A stretch of 64,000 bases of DNA from Cyanophora paradoxa CCMP329. Lineage: Eukaryota; Plantae; Glaucophyta. This document shows positions 10,808 through 24,081 of the stretch, piece by piece. The stretch is from contig QPMI01000063.1 in NCBI GenBank assembly GCA_004431415.1, positions 153,210-217,209 of the forward strand. Direction: 5' to 3'. The translations under genes were made by a program, and so were the position numbers. Under the pieces are notes generated by a model. It saw only the letters and a list, made by a program, of their open reading frames with translations, had not been told where the DNA came from and did no database searches. Positions within the stretch are counted from its first letter, which is position 1; every line of letters begins with the position of its first letter.

Positions 10808-13800
10808 TCAGCCGGCGGCGGCGCTGAGCTCCTCCTCGCCCTCGCCCCATGCCTCGCCCCCGCCCTCGCCCCCGGCGGCAGCGGCCATCTCCAGCGCCGT
10901 CACGTCCTCCAGCGTGATCTGCCCCGCCGCGAGCCGTGAGAGAGCGACATTGCGCGAACGGACGGGGGCTCTAGGCCGAGCTGCCCGGCTGTGCGGAGGC
11001 GACATCGCATTGCGCGAACGGACGGGGGCTATGGGCCGGGGCGGGCGCACGAGGTCGGCGCGGGGGTCGGCGGCCGCGACGCGCACGAGGATCCGCTCGC
11101 CCAGCGCCGCCTGCCGCGCGATCCGCATGCTGCCCCCGCGCCCGCGCCCGATCAGATCGTATCATATCAGATCTGATCCGATCAGATCGGATCTGACCTG
11201 AACTCGAGGCCGAGGTCCTCGAGGATGACGGAGGCGACGGGGCCGCCCTCGCGCACCCACCGCAGCACCACCGCCGAGTGCACCTTCTCCGCCCCTGCGC
11301 ACGCCCCGAGCGGCGTGAGCCACCGCCGAGTGCACGTTCAAGGCGGGGCGGGCCGGCTGACCCTCGCGGCGGAGGTACTCGAGGGCCCAGTAGCGGTTCG
11401 TGGCGCGCTCCACCGACGAGGCCTCCCCCTGCGAAGGGGAAGGCGGAGGGTTTGAAGGGGCGGAGTTGGCGGAGGGGGCGGGGCGGGGCGGACGGAGGAG
11501 ACGGCGGCGGCGGCGATGGCGTTCCGCATCTCGTCCCCCGTCAGCGGCGGCTCCCGCCCCTACACACGCAGAACCAGCAGTCAGCGGGGAGGGCCGAGGC
11601 GGGAGGGCCTCGGGGGCGGAGGCACCAGGATGTGTGCCTTGAGCTGGTAGTGGACGAGTAGGTCGCCGTAGCGCCGGATGGGCGACGTGCACTGCACGTA
11701 GCACTCCAGCCCCAGCGACGCGTGCCGCTGCCGGAAGCCGGGGGTGAGCGCACTGGGCAGAGAAGCCGAAGGGGGCGGGAGGACCTGGGGGTGCAGGGTG
11801 ACGCCCGACTTGGGCATGCAGCGCCGCACCGCCGCCCCCCGCACCTGCGCAGACGGCGGGGCGCTCAGGGTGGGCAGGAGGGGGCGGCGCGCGGGGCGCG
11901 GGGCGCGCCCAGGGGTGCCCGAGGGCGTCGAGGGCCTCGTCGCTGGGCAGCTCAGGCTGCGGCTGCGCGCGCGGCCCGAGGTCACGCGGGACGGCATGGA
12001 AGCGAGGCCTGGGCGGGGGCACCTGGTGGCGGTAGGGGAGGGGGATGGCGTGGCGGGCGCCGTAGCGGCCGGCGAGCTCCCCGCACGCGATCATCATCTC
12101 CGCCACCAGCTGCCCCCGCCCTCAGCGAGAGGAAGGGGGGGAGGGGCGGGGAGGGGGTACGCGCGCCTGGCGGGCCTCGCCGATCTCGAGGACCTCGCAC
12201 GTGACCTGCGCCGCCCGCCCGCCCGGGCCGGGCCGGTCAGAGAGGGCCGGCGCCGCCGCGGGAGCCGCCAGCAGATCTAAGCAAGCTCCGTCGCCCGCCC
12301 GGCGCACCTCCATCTCGTCGCCCTCGCCGCGGACGGCGACGCGCCCCTCCGGCATCCCGATCGTCACCGCGCCCCGCCCCTGCACCCGCGCCCGCCCGCC
12401 CCGCCGCCTCAGCGGTTCCCTCGGGCGGGGCGGGGCGGGCGGACCTCGCGCCAGCGCTGGCGGAGGCGCGCGGCGTCGGCGAGCGCCTGCAGGTCCTCTG
12501 CGGCACCGCCGGCGCCGGCATCGGTCAGCTTCGGGATCGACGGAAGGGTTCGGGATCGAAGGAAGGGTTCGGGATCGAAGAAAGGAGGGCGGGGCACCCT
12601 CGGCGGCGAGCTCGAGGGCCTCCTCGACGTCCTCGTACGTGAAGCGCGTCGCCGGCCGCACCCGCGTCACACGGATCTGAGAAGGAGAAGGGCAGAGCTC
12701 AGAAGGGCGAAGAACGGGGGGAGGACGGCGGGCTGGGGGCGCCTCGTAGTCGTCGGCGATGGCGCCGTCCTCCTCCAGCGTGAACGCGAACGAGAGCGCC
12801 TCGCACACCTGGGGCCGGCGGAGAGGCGGGGCGGGGCGCTGTTGGGCGGGGCCAAGAGGAGGAGGAGGGCGGGCAGGGCGGGCGGGCCTGGTTGGCCCGA
12901 AGAGACATGCAGCCCGTCGCCAGCTCGTACGGGAACATCGGGATCGGGCCCTACCGAAAGAGGGGGGAGGGGGGAGGGCCAGTGAGGGAGGGGTACGGCG
13001 GCCTGATAGGTGCAGGGAGGGGTTCGGACCGTGGGGAGGTACACCGTCGTCGCCCGCCTCCTCGCCTGCGCGGCGACGGGGTACGTCGAGAGAGGCGGGG
13101 GGGGGGCGAGGGGGAGGGGGGCACCTCGACGTCGAGGGGGTCGCCGAGGCGTACCCAGCGGCTCGGGTCGGCGATGTGCACCCAGATGCGGAAGCGCCCG
13201 CCCTCCAGCCTCTGCGCACGACGGGCCCGCCGCCTTCAGGCCCACGCTCGCTACGCTCAGCTCTGCGGGCGGACCTCTATGCTCAGGCCGTCGTCGATCT
13301 CCTCCGTCTCCGCGTCGTCCACCGTGAAGACCTGCGCCCAGCTCGAGTCGGGCCGGGCCGGGCCGGGGGCGTGGGCGAGGGGGGGTACGCGTGCGCACGC
13401 GGTGGTGGGTGAGGTCGAGGCGCTCGGCGGCCGCCTCGTCGGGTACCCCCTCCTCCGTGAACGAGCCCAGGGGCGGGATCGAATCCGGGAACGACGTCGG
13501 GATGCCCTGCGAGGGTATTGAGGCGAGGTAGGGGAGGAGGAAGTGCCGGGGGGTACGGCGCACGGCCTTGCGGAGGGCGATGTTCTCGTGGGGGGACCAG
13601 AGGCCGGCCCGCACCAGCGTCTCGAAGGCGGCCGACTGCACGGGGGGCCGCCCCACCGCGTGCAGCACCTGCGCGGGCGTTGAGGGGTAGGCGGAAGCGA
13701 GGGGGGTACAGGCGGGGCGGCACCTCGAGGCTCCGGCTCCGGGCCGCGCCGGCGTCCTCGCCGAACATCGCGAACCTGGAGGGGGGGGTGGGGAGCTGGA

Positions 13801-15010
13801 TCGTGTACTCCGGCGGGGCCGGGCGCCGGCGCCGGCGCGCGCGCACTCTTCCATCCAGGAGAGGCGCTGGCGATCCTCGTCGGACCAGTGGGAGGCGGGG
13901 ACGGCGCCCTCCGCCTCGAACGCCGCCCGCAGCTTCCCCACGAACGACTCGAACTCGAGCGCCCGCGACGCCTCCGCCGCCGCCACCGTCCGCAGCTCCT
14001 CCACCAGCGCCGGCGCCCGCACCTCGTACTGCGTCCCCACCTGCCCCCCTTGAGAAAGAAAGGAAAGGAGAGAAAAAGGAAAGGAAAGGAAAGGAAGGAA
14101 CCTTTGCCTTGAAGAAGAAGCGGTCCTCCTGGAGGAGGCTGTGGACGGCGTAGAGCTCGTGGGGGCCCGTGGAGGAGAAGATGAGCTCCGCCAGCTCCGC
14201 CACCTCGACCACCGCGCCGCCCGCGCCCGCCCCGCCGTCCGTGAGGTAGTCCCACGCAAGCTCCAGCGCCGCGCTCCCCTCCGCCTCGCCCAGCTCCCGC
14301 GCCTGCGCCGCCGCGCCGGCGCCGGTCAGGGGCGCTTCCGGGCGGGCGGGCGGGCGGGCGCGGCCGGTCGCCGCGGGGGAGCCGCGCGCCTTACTCGCGA
14401 ACGGGGCGACGTCGGCCGGCTTGAGGCCCGCGCAGCCGGGCGGGATGAAGGAGATCTGCTTGGGGTGCACCGAGGCCGCCTTGCCGGCGCCGTCGGCGAT
14501 GAACCAGTTGCGCTTGCCGTCCTTCTTCTCGAGCACGCCGAGCTTGCGGTCTCCGGACGTGCGGTACTCCACCAGCAGCCCCGGCGCGAGGCGCACCTGT
14601 ACGCGCGCCAAGGGACGTGAGATTCTTAGCCGCCAGCGCGCTGCGGCTAGCTAGGCGCCCGCAGCGGGCGGGATCGCGTTGCGCACTCCCAGGACGACGT
14701 CCTCGTCGGCCTTGTCCTTCGCCGCAGCGATCGGGGGGAGCGGGGCCGGGATCGGGCGCTGCGGCCTCGGGAGCTCGATGCGGGCCCATCCGCGCAGGTG
14801 CGGCGCGAAGACCACGCGCTGCCGGTCGGGGCGACCCGCACAGAGGTCGAACGACTGCCTCGCGGCGCCGCAGGCCCGGTTCGCCGCAGGCTGACGGCTC
14901 GAGGCCGGGCGGCCAAGCGGCTCGACGCACGCGGCGGCGGGCTGTTCCGGCTGCAACGAGGGCGCCGCGCGCGGCGCCTGGAGCGCCGCTGGCCCGCCGA
15001 AGCTCGCCAT
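10808..15010 (-). CDS. RNase II/RNB-family 3'-5' exoribonuclease of cyanobacterial/plastid type, with predicted transit peptide
   Basis: Leader MASFGGPAALQAPRAAP. GLLVEYRTSGDRKLGVLEKKDGKRNWFIAD..SVHPKQI resembles the cyanobacterial RNase II N-terminus. RNB catalytic motif VFTVDDAETEEIDDGLS, plus WVHIADPSRW, TVYLPT, HASLGLECYVQCTSPIRRYGDLLVHYQLKA and ERATNRYWALEYL. Confidence 0.9.
12530..12580. repeat. 19-bp tandem repeat (about 2.7 copies) in an RNase II intron
   Basis: Unit ttcgggatcga(a/c)ggaaggg repeated. Confidence 0.8.
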
Positions 15011-15269
15011 CCCGCGCCTTCTTCTGCTTCTTCCCCCCTCGCTTCTTCCCCCCTCTCGCGCTTCCCCCTGGTTGCGCGGCGCCCAGCCTCGCCGCGCGAT
15101 GGCGCAGCTCCGGCTTGCTGGTTCGGTCACAGCAAATGAACCGGGCGGCCCGCCGCTGCCCCTGGCGCTGTTCGCCGGAGGGGGCACTCATTCGGAGCTG
15201 GCTCGACGAAGGCAGCCCGGGTGCGCGCAGCGCGGCGCGAATCCCCCGAAGCTCCGCTAAAATTGAATG

Positions 15270-18200
15270 GCTGCACAGTCGGCGCGCCCCGCATCCCCAG
15301 GCTGGCTGGCTCGCGGGCGCGGGCTGCGCGCGCGGCGATCCTGGAGGCAGCGCGATCATCGCGTTCGCTCCTAGCGTTGGCGCGATCATCGCGTTCGCTC
15401 CGAGCGTCGGCGGCGTCTTCAGCAACCAGCGCGCGCAAGCAAGCGCCCGATCGGCAGCTTCCCGCGCATCGCCCGCGGCCGCCGACTTGAACCGCGGGCG
15501 GCGGCGCTCCCGGCCAGGCCCCAGCCACCCATCCATCAGCTTCGAAGCCGGCAGCGGCTTCCGCTGCGCACGATCGGCCAGCCCGCGCTGCGCGCTCGGC
15601 CCGGCCGCCGCGCTTGACCCGTGTAGAGGGCAGCGAGCGGCGATCCGCCCGGTTGCGGGCGGGGCGCTGCAGGCGAGCCGAAGAGTTCTCCTGTTCGGAG
15701 ACCGAGTCAGAGCGCCCAGCGCCCCGCCCGTCTCACCCAGGTGCGCCCCAGCACCCTTCGTACACTGAACCCCCCTCGAGCCCCCGCGCCGCCGCCCCGC
15801 GCGCAGGGGCGAGGGCGGGTCGGGGGACTGCCTCTGCAGCTTCGCCGCGCGGCGGGCGGCCCGGGGTATCACTCTCGCCGAGTTCCTCGAGTCGAAGCGC
15901 TCCGAGTTCCGAATGGTCGCCTCCCTCGCGAACCGGGTTCGATTCCCCCCCGGCCCGTTCCGTCTCCCCGGTCCGGTTCGACTCCGGCCGCAGGCGGACT
16001 TCCGCGTGCTGGGGCGGGAGTACCCCGCCCTGCTCCGCTCCGTCGAGGCGTACCTCCTCGTATCCCTCCTCCAGCTCCGCACCGCCGCCGACCTCGCGGT
16101 GCACCCGTACCCCCCCACCCGTGACCCGGCGCCCTCCTCGCATCATCATCTGATCCGGTACCCCCGGCCCGTCGCAGCCCCCGGGCCCGAGCTCGCGCGC
16201 GTCGCTCCGCGCGATCGAGGCCGAGCGGCACTTCTTCGAGATGCAGCTCTGCAACGCGCGTACCCCCCGCCCTTGCGGTCGTACCCCTCTAACTTCCCTT
16301 TCGCGTTCAGGTCCGCGACCGGCGGGAGGCGGAGGTGGACGAGCTCATGCGCCTCGTAGAGGTGGGGCTGTACCCCCCCCCGGCGAGTCTTCCCCCGTTC
16401 TGAATCGGGGTACCCAGGCGGGGGAGGCGGAGGGGGACGCGGCGCTTGCGGCGCTCGCGGCCGACGCGATGGCCCTCGCCGCGCCCGTCGCCGGTTCGGA
16501 TCCCCGCGGGGCCTCTTTCATCTGAGCGTCGCCCCGCGCCCACGGTCCGCAGGGGACCCGCGGGAGGAGCCGGTGCCGCAGCGGCTGCGGGCGCGCCTGA
16601 GGGACCCCACCGTCCGCTTCTGGCGGCGCAAGGGGCCCGCCGCCGCGCCCGGCATTCCCATCCTCTTCCCGGTCCGTCCGCCCCCTCCCGGGGCGGAGCG
16701 GCATCTCTTTCTTACGCTCCTTACGCCCCGCGCATGCGCAGGGCGAGGAGCCGACCCCGCCGCCGCCCGCCGCCGACGCCGAGGCGGGCCCCTCCGCCCC
16801 GGCGACTGCGGCTGCGCGGGAGGCGGAGGGGGCGCCCCTGCGGGGGGTGCCGGAGCTGGTGGAGGCGAAGCGCACCGAGCTCCAGCGCCTCGCCGCCCTC
16901 CTCGAGGGTCCGCCCCAGCCCGCCCGCCCCGCCCCCTCTAGGGCCGCGCCAGGGCCCTCTGGAGCGCATTCGCGCTTAGCGTAGAGCGGCCCGCCCCGCC
17001 CTCCTCGCCTGACGGCCGGCTGGCTGCGGGGCGCAGGGATGCGGGCGGGGGCGGGCCCCGAGGAGTACGACGCGGCGCTGCGGGGCGCCGAGGCCTACGC
17101 GGCCGTCTCCCTCCTCCAGGCCCGCCCCGCGCCTGATCCCCACTTCCCTCTCTCCCGCCGATTGTGAGGCCGCCCCGTCCCCGCGCAGATCGACGCCGTC
17201 GCCGAGGCCGTGGTACCCCCCCCCCCACCTTCCCCCCACCATCTCGACCCCCTGCCTCACGAGCCAACGCAGGCGGAGCGGCTGGGGCCGGGCCACGGGT
17301 GGGCGGGGCGCCTGCGCGGCCTCCGCGCCGCCTTCGCCGAGCACCGCGACGCCCTCCTCGTGCGCCGTACCCCCCGGCGGCCCGGGGGCCCCGTCCCCGC
17401 CGACCGCAAAGGCAATCTAGAGCCGCCGGCCCTCCCCACCCTCCGCTCCTACCCCCCTCTCTACTCCCCACCCCCCTCCCAGGAGCCGCTGCAGGCATTT
17501 TAGGCTAGACCTGGGGCCCCGCCTCTGTAGAAGGCCCCTCCCCAAGCCTCTTCCGACGCGGGCTGGGGGCCCTCCGCAGGGGCGCGAGGCCAGCGAGCGC
17601 GCCGACGTCGAGGTGCCGCACCCGTCCCCATGCACCGCCGCCCCCGCCCGACTCCGCCCTCCCCGCCCCCGCCGCAGGGTCTGATCGAGCAGGCGGAGTT
17701 CGAGGACGAGGAGTACGAGGACGAGCCGGCCCTCTGCTCCCTGGCGCACCGGCGGGGCATCCTCGGGCGGCCTCTGGCCGAGGACCCCAGGCGCGCAGTC
17801 CCGCCCCGGCCAGAGCAAAGCCGAGCCGCGCAGAGCTCGGCCCGGCTGAGCGGATGGGCCGGCAGGGAGGAGCCGGTGCCGGGGGCGATCGGGGCGCTGC
17901 TGCACGCGTGCACGGCGCGCTTCTGGGCCGGCGAGGCCCCCGCTGTCGGGCCCGAGCTCCTCGCCGCCCTCGAGGCCCGCCCCCGCCCTTGCTCTCCGCT
18001 TACTCTTTTGCTTATTCTTCGCCGCAGGCGATGCGGACGGCGGACGGGGGCGCCCCCGAGGACCCCGGCTGGCACGAGGAGGAGCCGGTGCCGCACCCCC
18101 CAGCGTTCAGAGGCCCGCACCCCTCTGACGGGGCGGCAGGCGTGCCCGGTGGAGGCGAAGAAGCGGCGGGAGGCGCGGAAGGCGGAGGTCGGGCGGGTCG

Positions 18201-18819
18201 CGGCGCTGGTCGAGGCGGAGGGCGCCGGGCCCCCCGAGTGCGAGCGCGTCGAGGTCCGCCCCGGCCCGCCCCGGCTCGAACCCCCCCGGGTCCCTTTCTT
18301 CATCCTGAACCCTCCCCTCGGGCAGCTCCTGCGGGGGGCGGAGGCGTACGTCGCGGTCTTCCGCATGCAGCGCCGCCCGGTGCGTTGTACCCCTCTTCCA
18401 AAGAACCCCTTGCGCTCCGCTCGGGCCGACGGCCCGCGGCGGCAGGCACGGGGGCAGGCGAGCCCAGCGGGGGGGGAGGAGGCGGAGGCTCTCCTGGCCC
18501 GGGTACACGAGCTGAAGGAGGCCGCCGACCAGAGCCTGGAGGTGCCGCACTGTACCCCTGCACCGCCGCCACGCCACCGCCCGACTCCGCGCCCCGCGCC
18601 CCGCCGCAGGTGCTGATCGAGCAGGCCGAGTTCGAGGACGAGGAGTACGAGGATGAGCCGGCCGTCTGCTCCCTCGCGTACAGGCGCCGCGCGCTGCGGG
18701 ACCCGCTGCGCGCCGACCCGCGCGACGAGTCGCTGCCCGGGCGGCTCCGGTCTGTGCTCCTGCCCTCCACCCTCCGCTTCTGGCTGCGCGAGAGCGCCCC
18801 GGTGGGCCCCCGGCAGTGA
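15270..18819 (+). CDS. Spliced hypothetical protein with an internally duplicated acidic module (start uncertain)
   Basis: Exons ITLAEFLESKRSEFRMVASLANR and ADFRVLGREYPALLRSVEAYLLVSLLQLR. Two copies of LIEQAEFEDEEYEDEPA(L/V)CSLA at about 17680 and 18613. Stop TGA at 18817-18819. Confidence 0.6.
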
Positions 18820-19681
18820 CTGCTGGATTCTCGTCTTTGCTGAAGGGCTCCGGGGCATGCAGAGGGCGACTGGGGGTCGCACCAAAGCGGACCCCCCATC
18901 GCCAGCGCCGGCGCCGGCCGCGGCGCCCGCCCCGCGGCGGCGGTCCGAAGCGGGGGCGGCGGGTGCCGGCGCCGGCTCCGCCCGGAGGCGGGAGCCGGGC
19001 CTGAGCATCTGAACTTGAGATCCACGAATACTAGGCTCAGATTCAGACGAGCCGCAAATTTTGGTTCGCTATATGCAATTGGTAGGGCTTGCGATTCAGG
19101 GCCAATCATTGAATGGTCACGAATTTAACGTAAACGTAGCTAAAGTTTTCGAATCAGGCTTCAAAGAAATTCTCGATCAACTAACTATCTAGCTATCTGG
19201 CTCTCGAATCGGGCAGGCCACGAAGCAGGGGATATGGCGCGCATGGTTGCCGGGGGCAGAGGCAGAGGGCCTGGGGGTGGGGGCCCACTCGGGGGAGGGC
19301 GCGCGGGGTGCATGTACATGCGGTGCAATAAAAATTAAATTAATGGTGCACGTGGCTCACTCGCCGACGAATTACGCCCACGAGCACCTTGTGCATGTCC
19401 CGCCTCAGTGAGTATCGCATAGATCGTGTGTACAGTGTACTGTATTCTACCCGAAAGCGAAAGGCGAAAAGCTAACAACGTTTTAACAAGCGAAAAGCGT
19501 GATCTAATATTAATATTAAATGTCACCTTAAGCTTGTTTGAAAATCTAATTACTTGTTTTTGAAAATCTACTTAAGGCGCCTTGGATAATATCTAATCAT
19601 TGAATTCTGATTTATTTCCGGAGCCATGTGCACATGCATGGATCCGACGTCGACCGTCGGACGCCGCGGCCAGGACTGCAA

Positions 19682-22600
19682 TCAAGCGCGTCCCGCGGCC
19701 GCGAACAAAAGAGCGAGCGTCGCTGCAAGAAGAGCGAGCACACTCTGGGGCCCGGGGCCAGCAGAACGCGTCGCTGCTGATGAAGGCCAGTACGGCACGC
19801 CAGCGCTGCCGGCGCCGACATTGGCGTTCGTGGTGGTCACAGGGAGCGTCGACATCAGCGAGAACTGTTGAAAGCCACACGCTCATAATCAGAAGGTAAT
19901 TCCGATGGCCAAGCCCGCGAGCTGGGTCATCAGTTTCGCACCGGCGTGAGGTGGTTGCAGGTGGCGGTGTAGGCGCCGGCGGAGGCGGTGGCGGCGGAGC
20001 AGACCTCCCAGGCCTTGCTGGAGGCGTTGAAGAAGACGAGCGAGACCGCCTGGCCCGCCGCGATCGTCACGCCGCTGGCGACGGGGATCGTGAAGCCGAC
20101 CCCCGAGCCGAACTCGCTGCTCAGCTGCTTCGCCCTGCCGGCGTCGTCGAGGCCCGTCGCCGTGACGTCCAGGATCGGCGCGACGAGGCGGTAGCCCGCC
20201 GGCGGCGCGGGGAAGGACGACGCGTTCGAATACACGCGCACAAGGGCCTGTTCGGGTTTCGGAGGTAAGGGGCCCGAACAAAGGAACGGGGATATCAATG
20301 CGCACCTGGAAGTTCTTGCCACCCCAAGCGTTGGTGGGGAAGGTGATCTGTCGGGTAGAATGTATACGTAAGCACACGGAGCGCGAGCTTGAAGCAAAAG
20401 AATCAAGCACCGCCGCCCCCGGAGCGTCGGAAATGCCGCCGACAGTGACCCTAGAGCCGGCCGAGGGGCACGCCTGCTCACGAATCCGTGAGTCGAGGTA
20501 CGATGGTAAAAGACTGGCGAATGCCGCGGACCTTGAAGCCCCAGGGGTCGAACTCGGTGGCGCGCGTCGCCTGCGTGTCGCACGGCGTGTCGGGGCTGCT
20601 CAGCGAGATCTGAGTTCTGAAGGTCAGCCCCCGCACGATTCCGACGGCCCCGAGCCTAATGCGCGGCACCTGGGCGGCCACTTGGGTGAGGGCGGTCTGC
20701 GTCTCGGCGCGGATGGAAGCGGCGGCCGTCGAGGTGGCGGGGATCGCGGAGAGCAGACCCGAGAGGCTCGTCTGCAGGCTCTGCGCGGCACCTCGCGCTC
20801 AGCCGACATTCGGTCTCCAAATTGAGGACACCGATATCGATATCCCTCACCTTCGCATCGATTCCTGCAGTCGTTGCGAGATTCTGCGAATTCTATCATC
20901 AGAGCCCTGGAAACACAATCGATATCAATACCGCGGTAGGAGCTTTCGCACGGGGTTGGCCTTGATGACGTTCATGAGCAGGGTGGCGCCCTGAACCGCC
21001 GTGGCTTCCGAGACCGCGCCAGTCTTGGCGGCGACGGGCGCGACTGACGAGAAGAACGTGACCAGGGCTCCCGCGTTCTGCGGCCGAGGACGGAGCACAA
21101 AAATCGCGCCCTCGCATCAAAACGCGCGCGGTGGCAAGAATTCGAGGAACGTAATTAAATAATATAACGCCGATGCTGCGTACCGCGGTGTTGGTGAGAT
21201 CGACTCCCGACTTGGTTGCCTCCGTCGTCACAGCCTGTAATTTGTGGAATTTAATTGTTTCATCGGCGACCGGCAAGTTACTTCGATTCCCGTATATATA
21301 TAAAAACTCGAGGCAGCCCGCACGGTCATGACGTTGGAGACGACGGCCGAGAATGACGCGAGGAGGCTGTCGATCGCGCCGAGCGCCGCGCGGCGAAGGC
21401 GGCGGAGCTGGACGCCGGTCGCCTTGCTGTAGCGGTCCTTGAGGGTGCCGACGAGCGCCAGGATCTTGTTCATCTTCGTCGCGAAGTCGTCGCCGCTCTG
21501 CGCTCGCCGGACGCGGAAGCAATTCAGCAGACGGGGTGCGATCAAACGGTCGTGTTTTTAAAATTGAAGCAGGTCCAAGGGCGCACGTTCAGGATCGCCG
21601 TGACTTCTTTGTTGACGGCGTCCACTGCCGCCTGTGGAGAGCAGTGGGGTGTAAGGTATATTATCGATGCAAGAAACGCCGCGGCCGGCATGCGCAGCGC
21701 CCACGGACGTTGAAATCGGCGACGACGTTGCCGGTGTTGGGGACGAGCGCCTTGACCTCGACCGCTGCGGCGATCGCGAAGGCCGTCGTGCGCCCCGCGC
21801 CGTCCTCCACCGCCACGCTCAGCTTCGCCGTCCGCGTCGCCCCGCTCTGCGCACGCGCAAGATTTGCGATTCAAGTCAGCTCAGCGGCTCATTGTCACAG
21901 AGCGGATATCCTTCACATCCGGGGCGCGCACGTCGGGGAAGAAGAAGACGATGGTCTCCGTGAGGACGTCGACAGCCAGGGGCGAGCTGGAACCCTCGGA
22001 CGTCACGGTGTACTTGAGGGGCCTCGAGGCCGACTGCCACCCCGAGCACGTCACCTGCAATCGCAAGCACGCGGGTGAGTGCGCGAGTGGACCGCGCCCC
22101 GGCCCGAGTCTGCAGCATCGCGCACCGTAACCTTCTCCACGCCCGCCTGGACCGAGAGAGGGGACACAGTGCAGCTGCCACCGGACGGGGCCGCCCCCTC
22201 GCCTGACCGCAGGTGACTCGATGATGAGAAAATATATAATTAGAAAAGGTCAAATAATTACTCACTGGTGGCCACGGGTGTAGGAGTTGCAACTGTCGTC
22301 CTGCATTACCACGCAAATTAGATATATAGCAAGACTTCGAATCATACAGAAACGGGTGTGCGGTGCTTGCGCGCACTCCGCCATTACCACCGGTGGCGAA
22401 GGGGTCTGCGTGCGCAAAGACATGCAGTGAGCCTCTCACAGTCGGTCACAAGCTTAAGATTAAGGCAATTCCGACTACCGGAGAGGCCGTGGGAGTCGGG
22501 CTCGCCGTTGGCGACGGGCTGGCAGTCGGGCTAGGACTAGGGGTCGGCCTGGCAAGCGAGTCCGGAGTGAAAATCGGAAATGAAACGGAAATGGAACGGT

Positions 22601-24081
22601 CGATTACAGAAAGACACGCACGAAGGAGTCGGGGACGGGCTTGGCGTCGGGACGCAGTTAACTGCGGGCAAGAGGCACGGCCAGCTTATTCTTTTTCAAG
22701 TTACGAAGTGACGAACTATATCCCCCGTCAAGTCGAACCTGAGCCTTGGGCTTTGAAGCCCGGAAGGTTCGCCGTTGAAAAATCGGACTGGAAAACAAGG
22801 AACAGCTTGGCAGAAGAGTCCGTCACAGTGTATGGTTGCAACTGGGGGTTGTTGTCGACCGTAATGTTGCCGCCTCCAAGGCCTGAGAGTGGAGTAAGGC
22901 TGGTCAGCGTGTTCGTTCCCGTCGCCGCATAGATCTATTTTGAGATGTCAGGACACAGAATATTAACGTCAGGCTTTCAAAATCACAAGCACGCGCGTAT
23001 ACAGTATCGAACGGGATGGAGCCACTCTCAACCGGCTCGAACATCAGATCCGAGAAGGACAGCGACACCGTGCTCGAACCCATGCAAGGAGCTTCAGGGA
23101 GTTCGAACAACCTTCGGGCCGGCGAGACATGCGATCAATTAATTAATATATTGCAACGTTCAACGTTACCAGGGGGCATAGATTGACTGCGTACCAGAGG
23201 CCGAAACTCGAATCCGCGTACGGCCCGAAGTTGATGGAGGACGACGCTTGATATTTGGCAGACGTAAAAGCTCTCACGCCGTTGCGAGCGTTGTATCCGT
23301 CGCTGTCGACGATATTCGGATCCAGAGGCGGAGCGCCCGTTGGGGTCGCTGTTGCGGCGGTCATCAATATATATATCAACTCAGCGTTGGTTGATCGACA
23401 CCCGACGACTCACTTCCGGTCTTGGCGACGCTCCAATATCGGGCGCTGAAGCTGATCTCTACTTCCGTCTGGGAGTGGTAGCACCAAACGAAGACCCTCG
23501 ACGAGGCCGACGTGACGATCGAGCCCGTTCGAAGGCTGCTTCCAATAGCCAGCAACGCAGTCGCAGAAGACCCGACGTCCACGATCTGCCGGAAGAATCT
23601 AGCTATTCATACACGGTGCGTACTACAGGCCTATAGCTAGGCCTAGGCCCAGAATGAATACACGTGGCGCACCCGCAGGCCGGTCCCATTGTATATGAAA
23701 TATTGAACATTGTCTGTCCGGAATTGCTGCGCCACGATCTCGAACCTAATGACCTGGTCTTGCGGTGCCGAGATGGTCCTGCGCGTCGCATGTGTGATTA
23801 ACTTTGCGCCGCAGTGCTATCAATGTTCGCGCGTACCAAGCTAGAGACTCGTTGGACACGTAAGAGGTTGTAATAGAATTGCCATTGACTTCGACAACAG
23901 TGTACGGCGTGTAGGTCACGTTCAGGAAGGCGGGCACCGAAGTTGCCGTTAGCGCATCGGTGGTCTTCGTCGTCGCACCGCTCACCCGTGCGCCTTCGCC
24001 GTTCACAATCGGAGCCGCGCAGGCAGCAACGATCAAGCCCAGCAGCAGGGCTTCGCAGCCGCGTTCTCGCCGGAACAACAT
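19682..24081 (-). CDS. Surface protein paralog A: signal peptide, CUB-like domains, P/T/S stalk, REJ-like/helical region, GAIN-GPS-like motif, GPI-type tail
   Basis: Signal MLFRRERGCEALLLGLIVAACAA. CUB-like motif LFLVFQSDFS..PGFKA. Stalk ARPTPSPSPTASPSPTASPTPT. VTCSGWQS..PLKY, LVFFNASSKAWEVC..YTATCNHLTP|F and GVPYWPSSAA..LALLAATLALLFAAAGRA*. Confidence 0.8.

Noticed and set aside
1800-19100. Long Pro/Arg/Ala/Gly-rich ORFs on both strands in the ORF track
   Set aside because: These are artefacts of very high GC content and stop-free introns. The real proteins assemble only after splicing.
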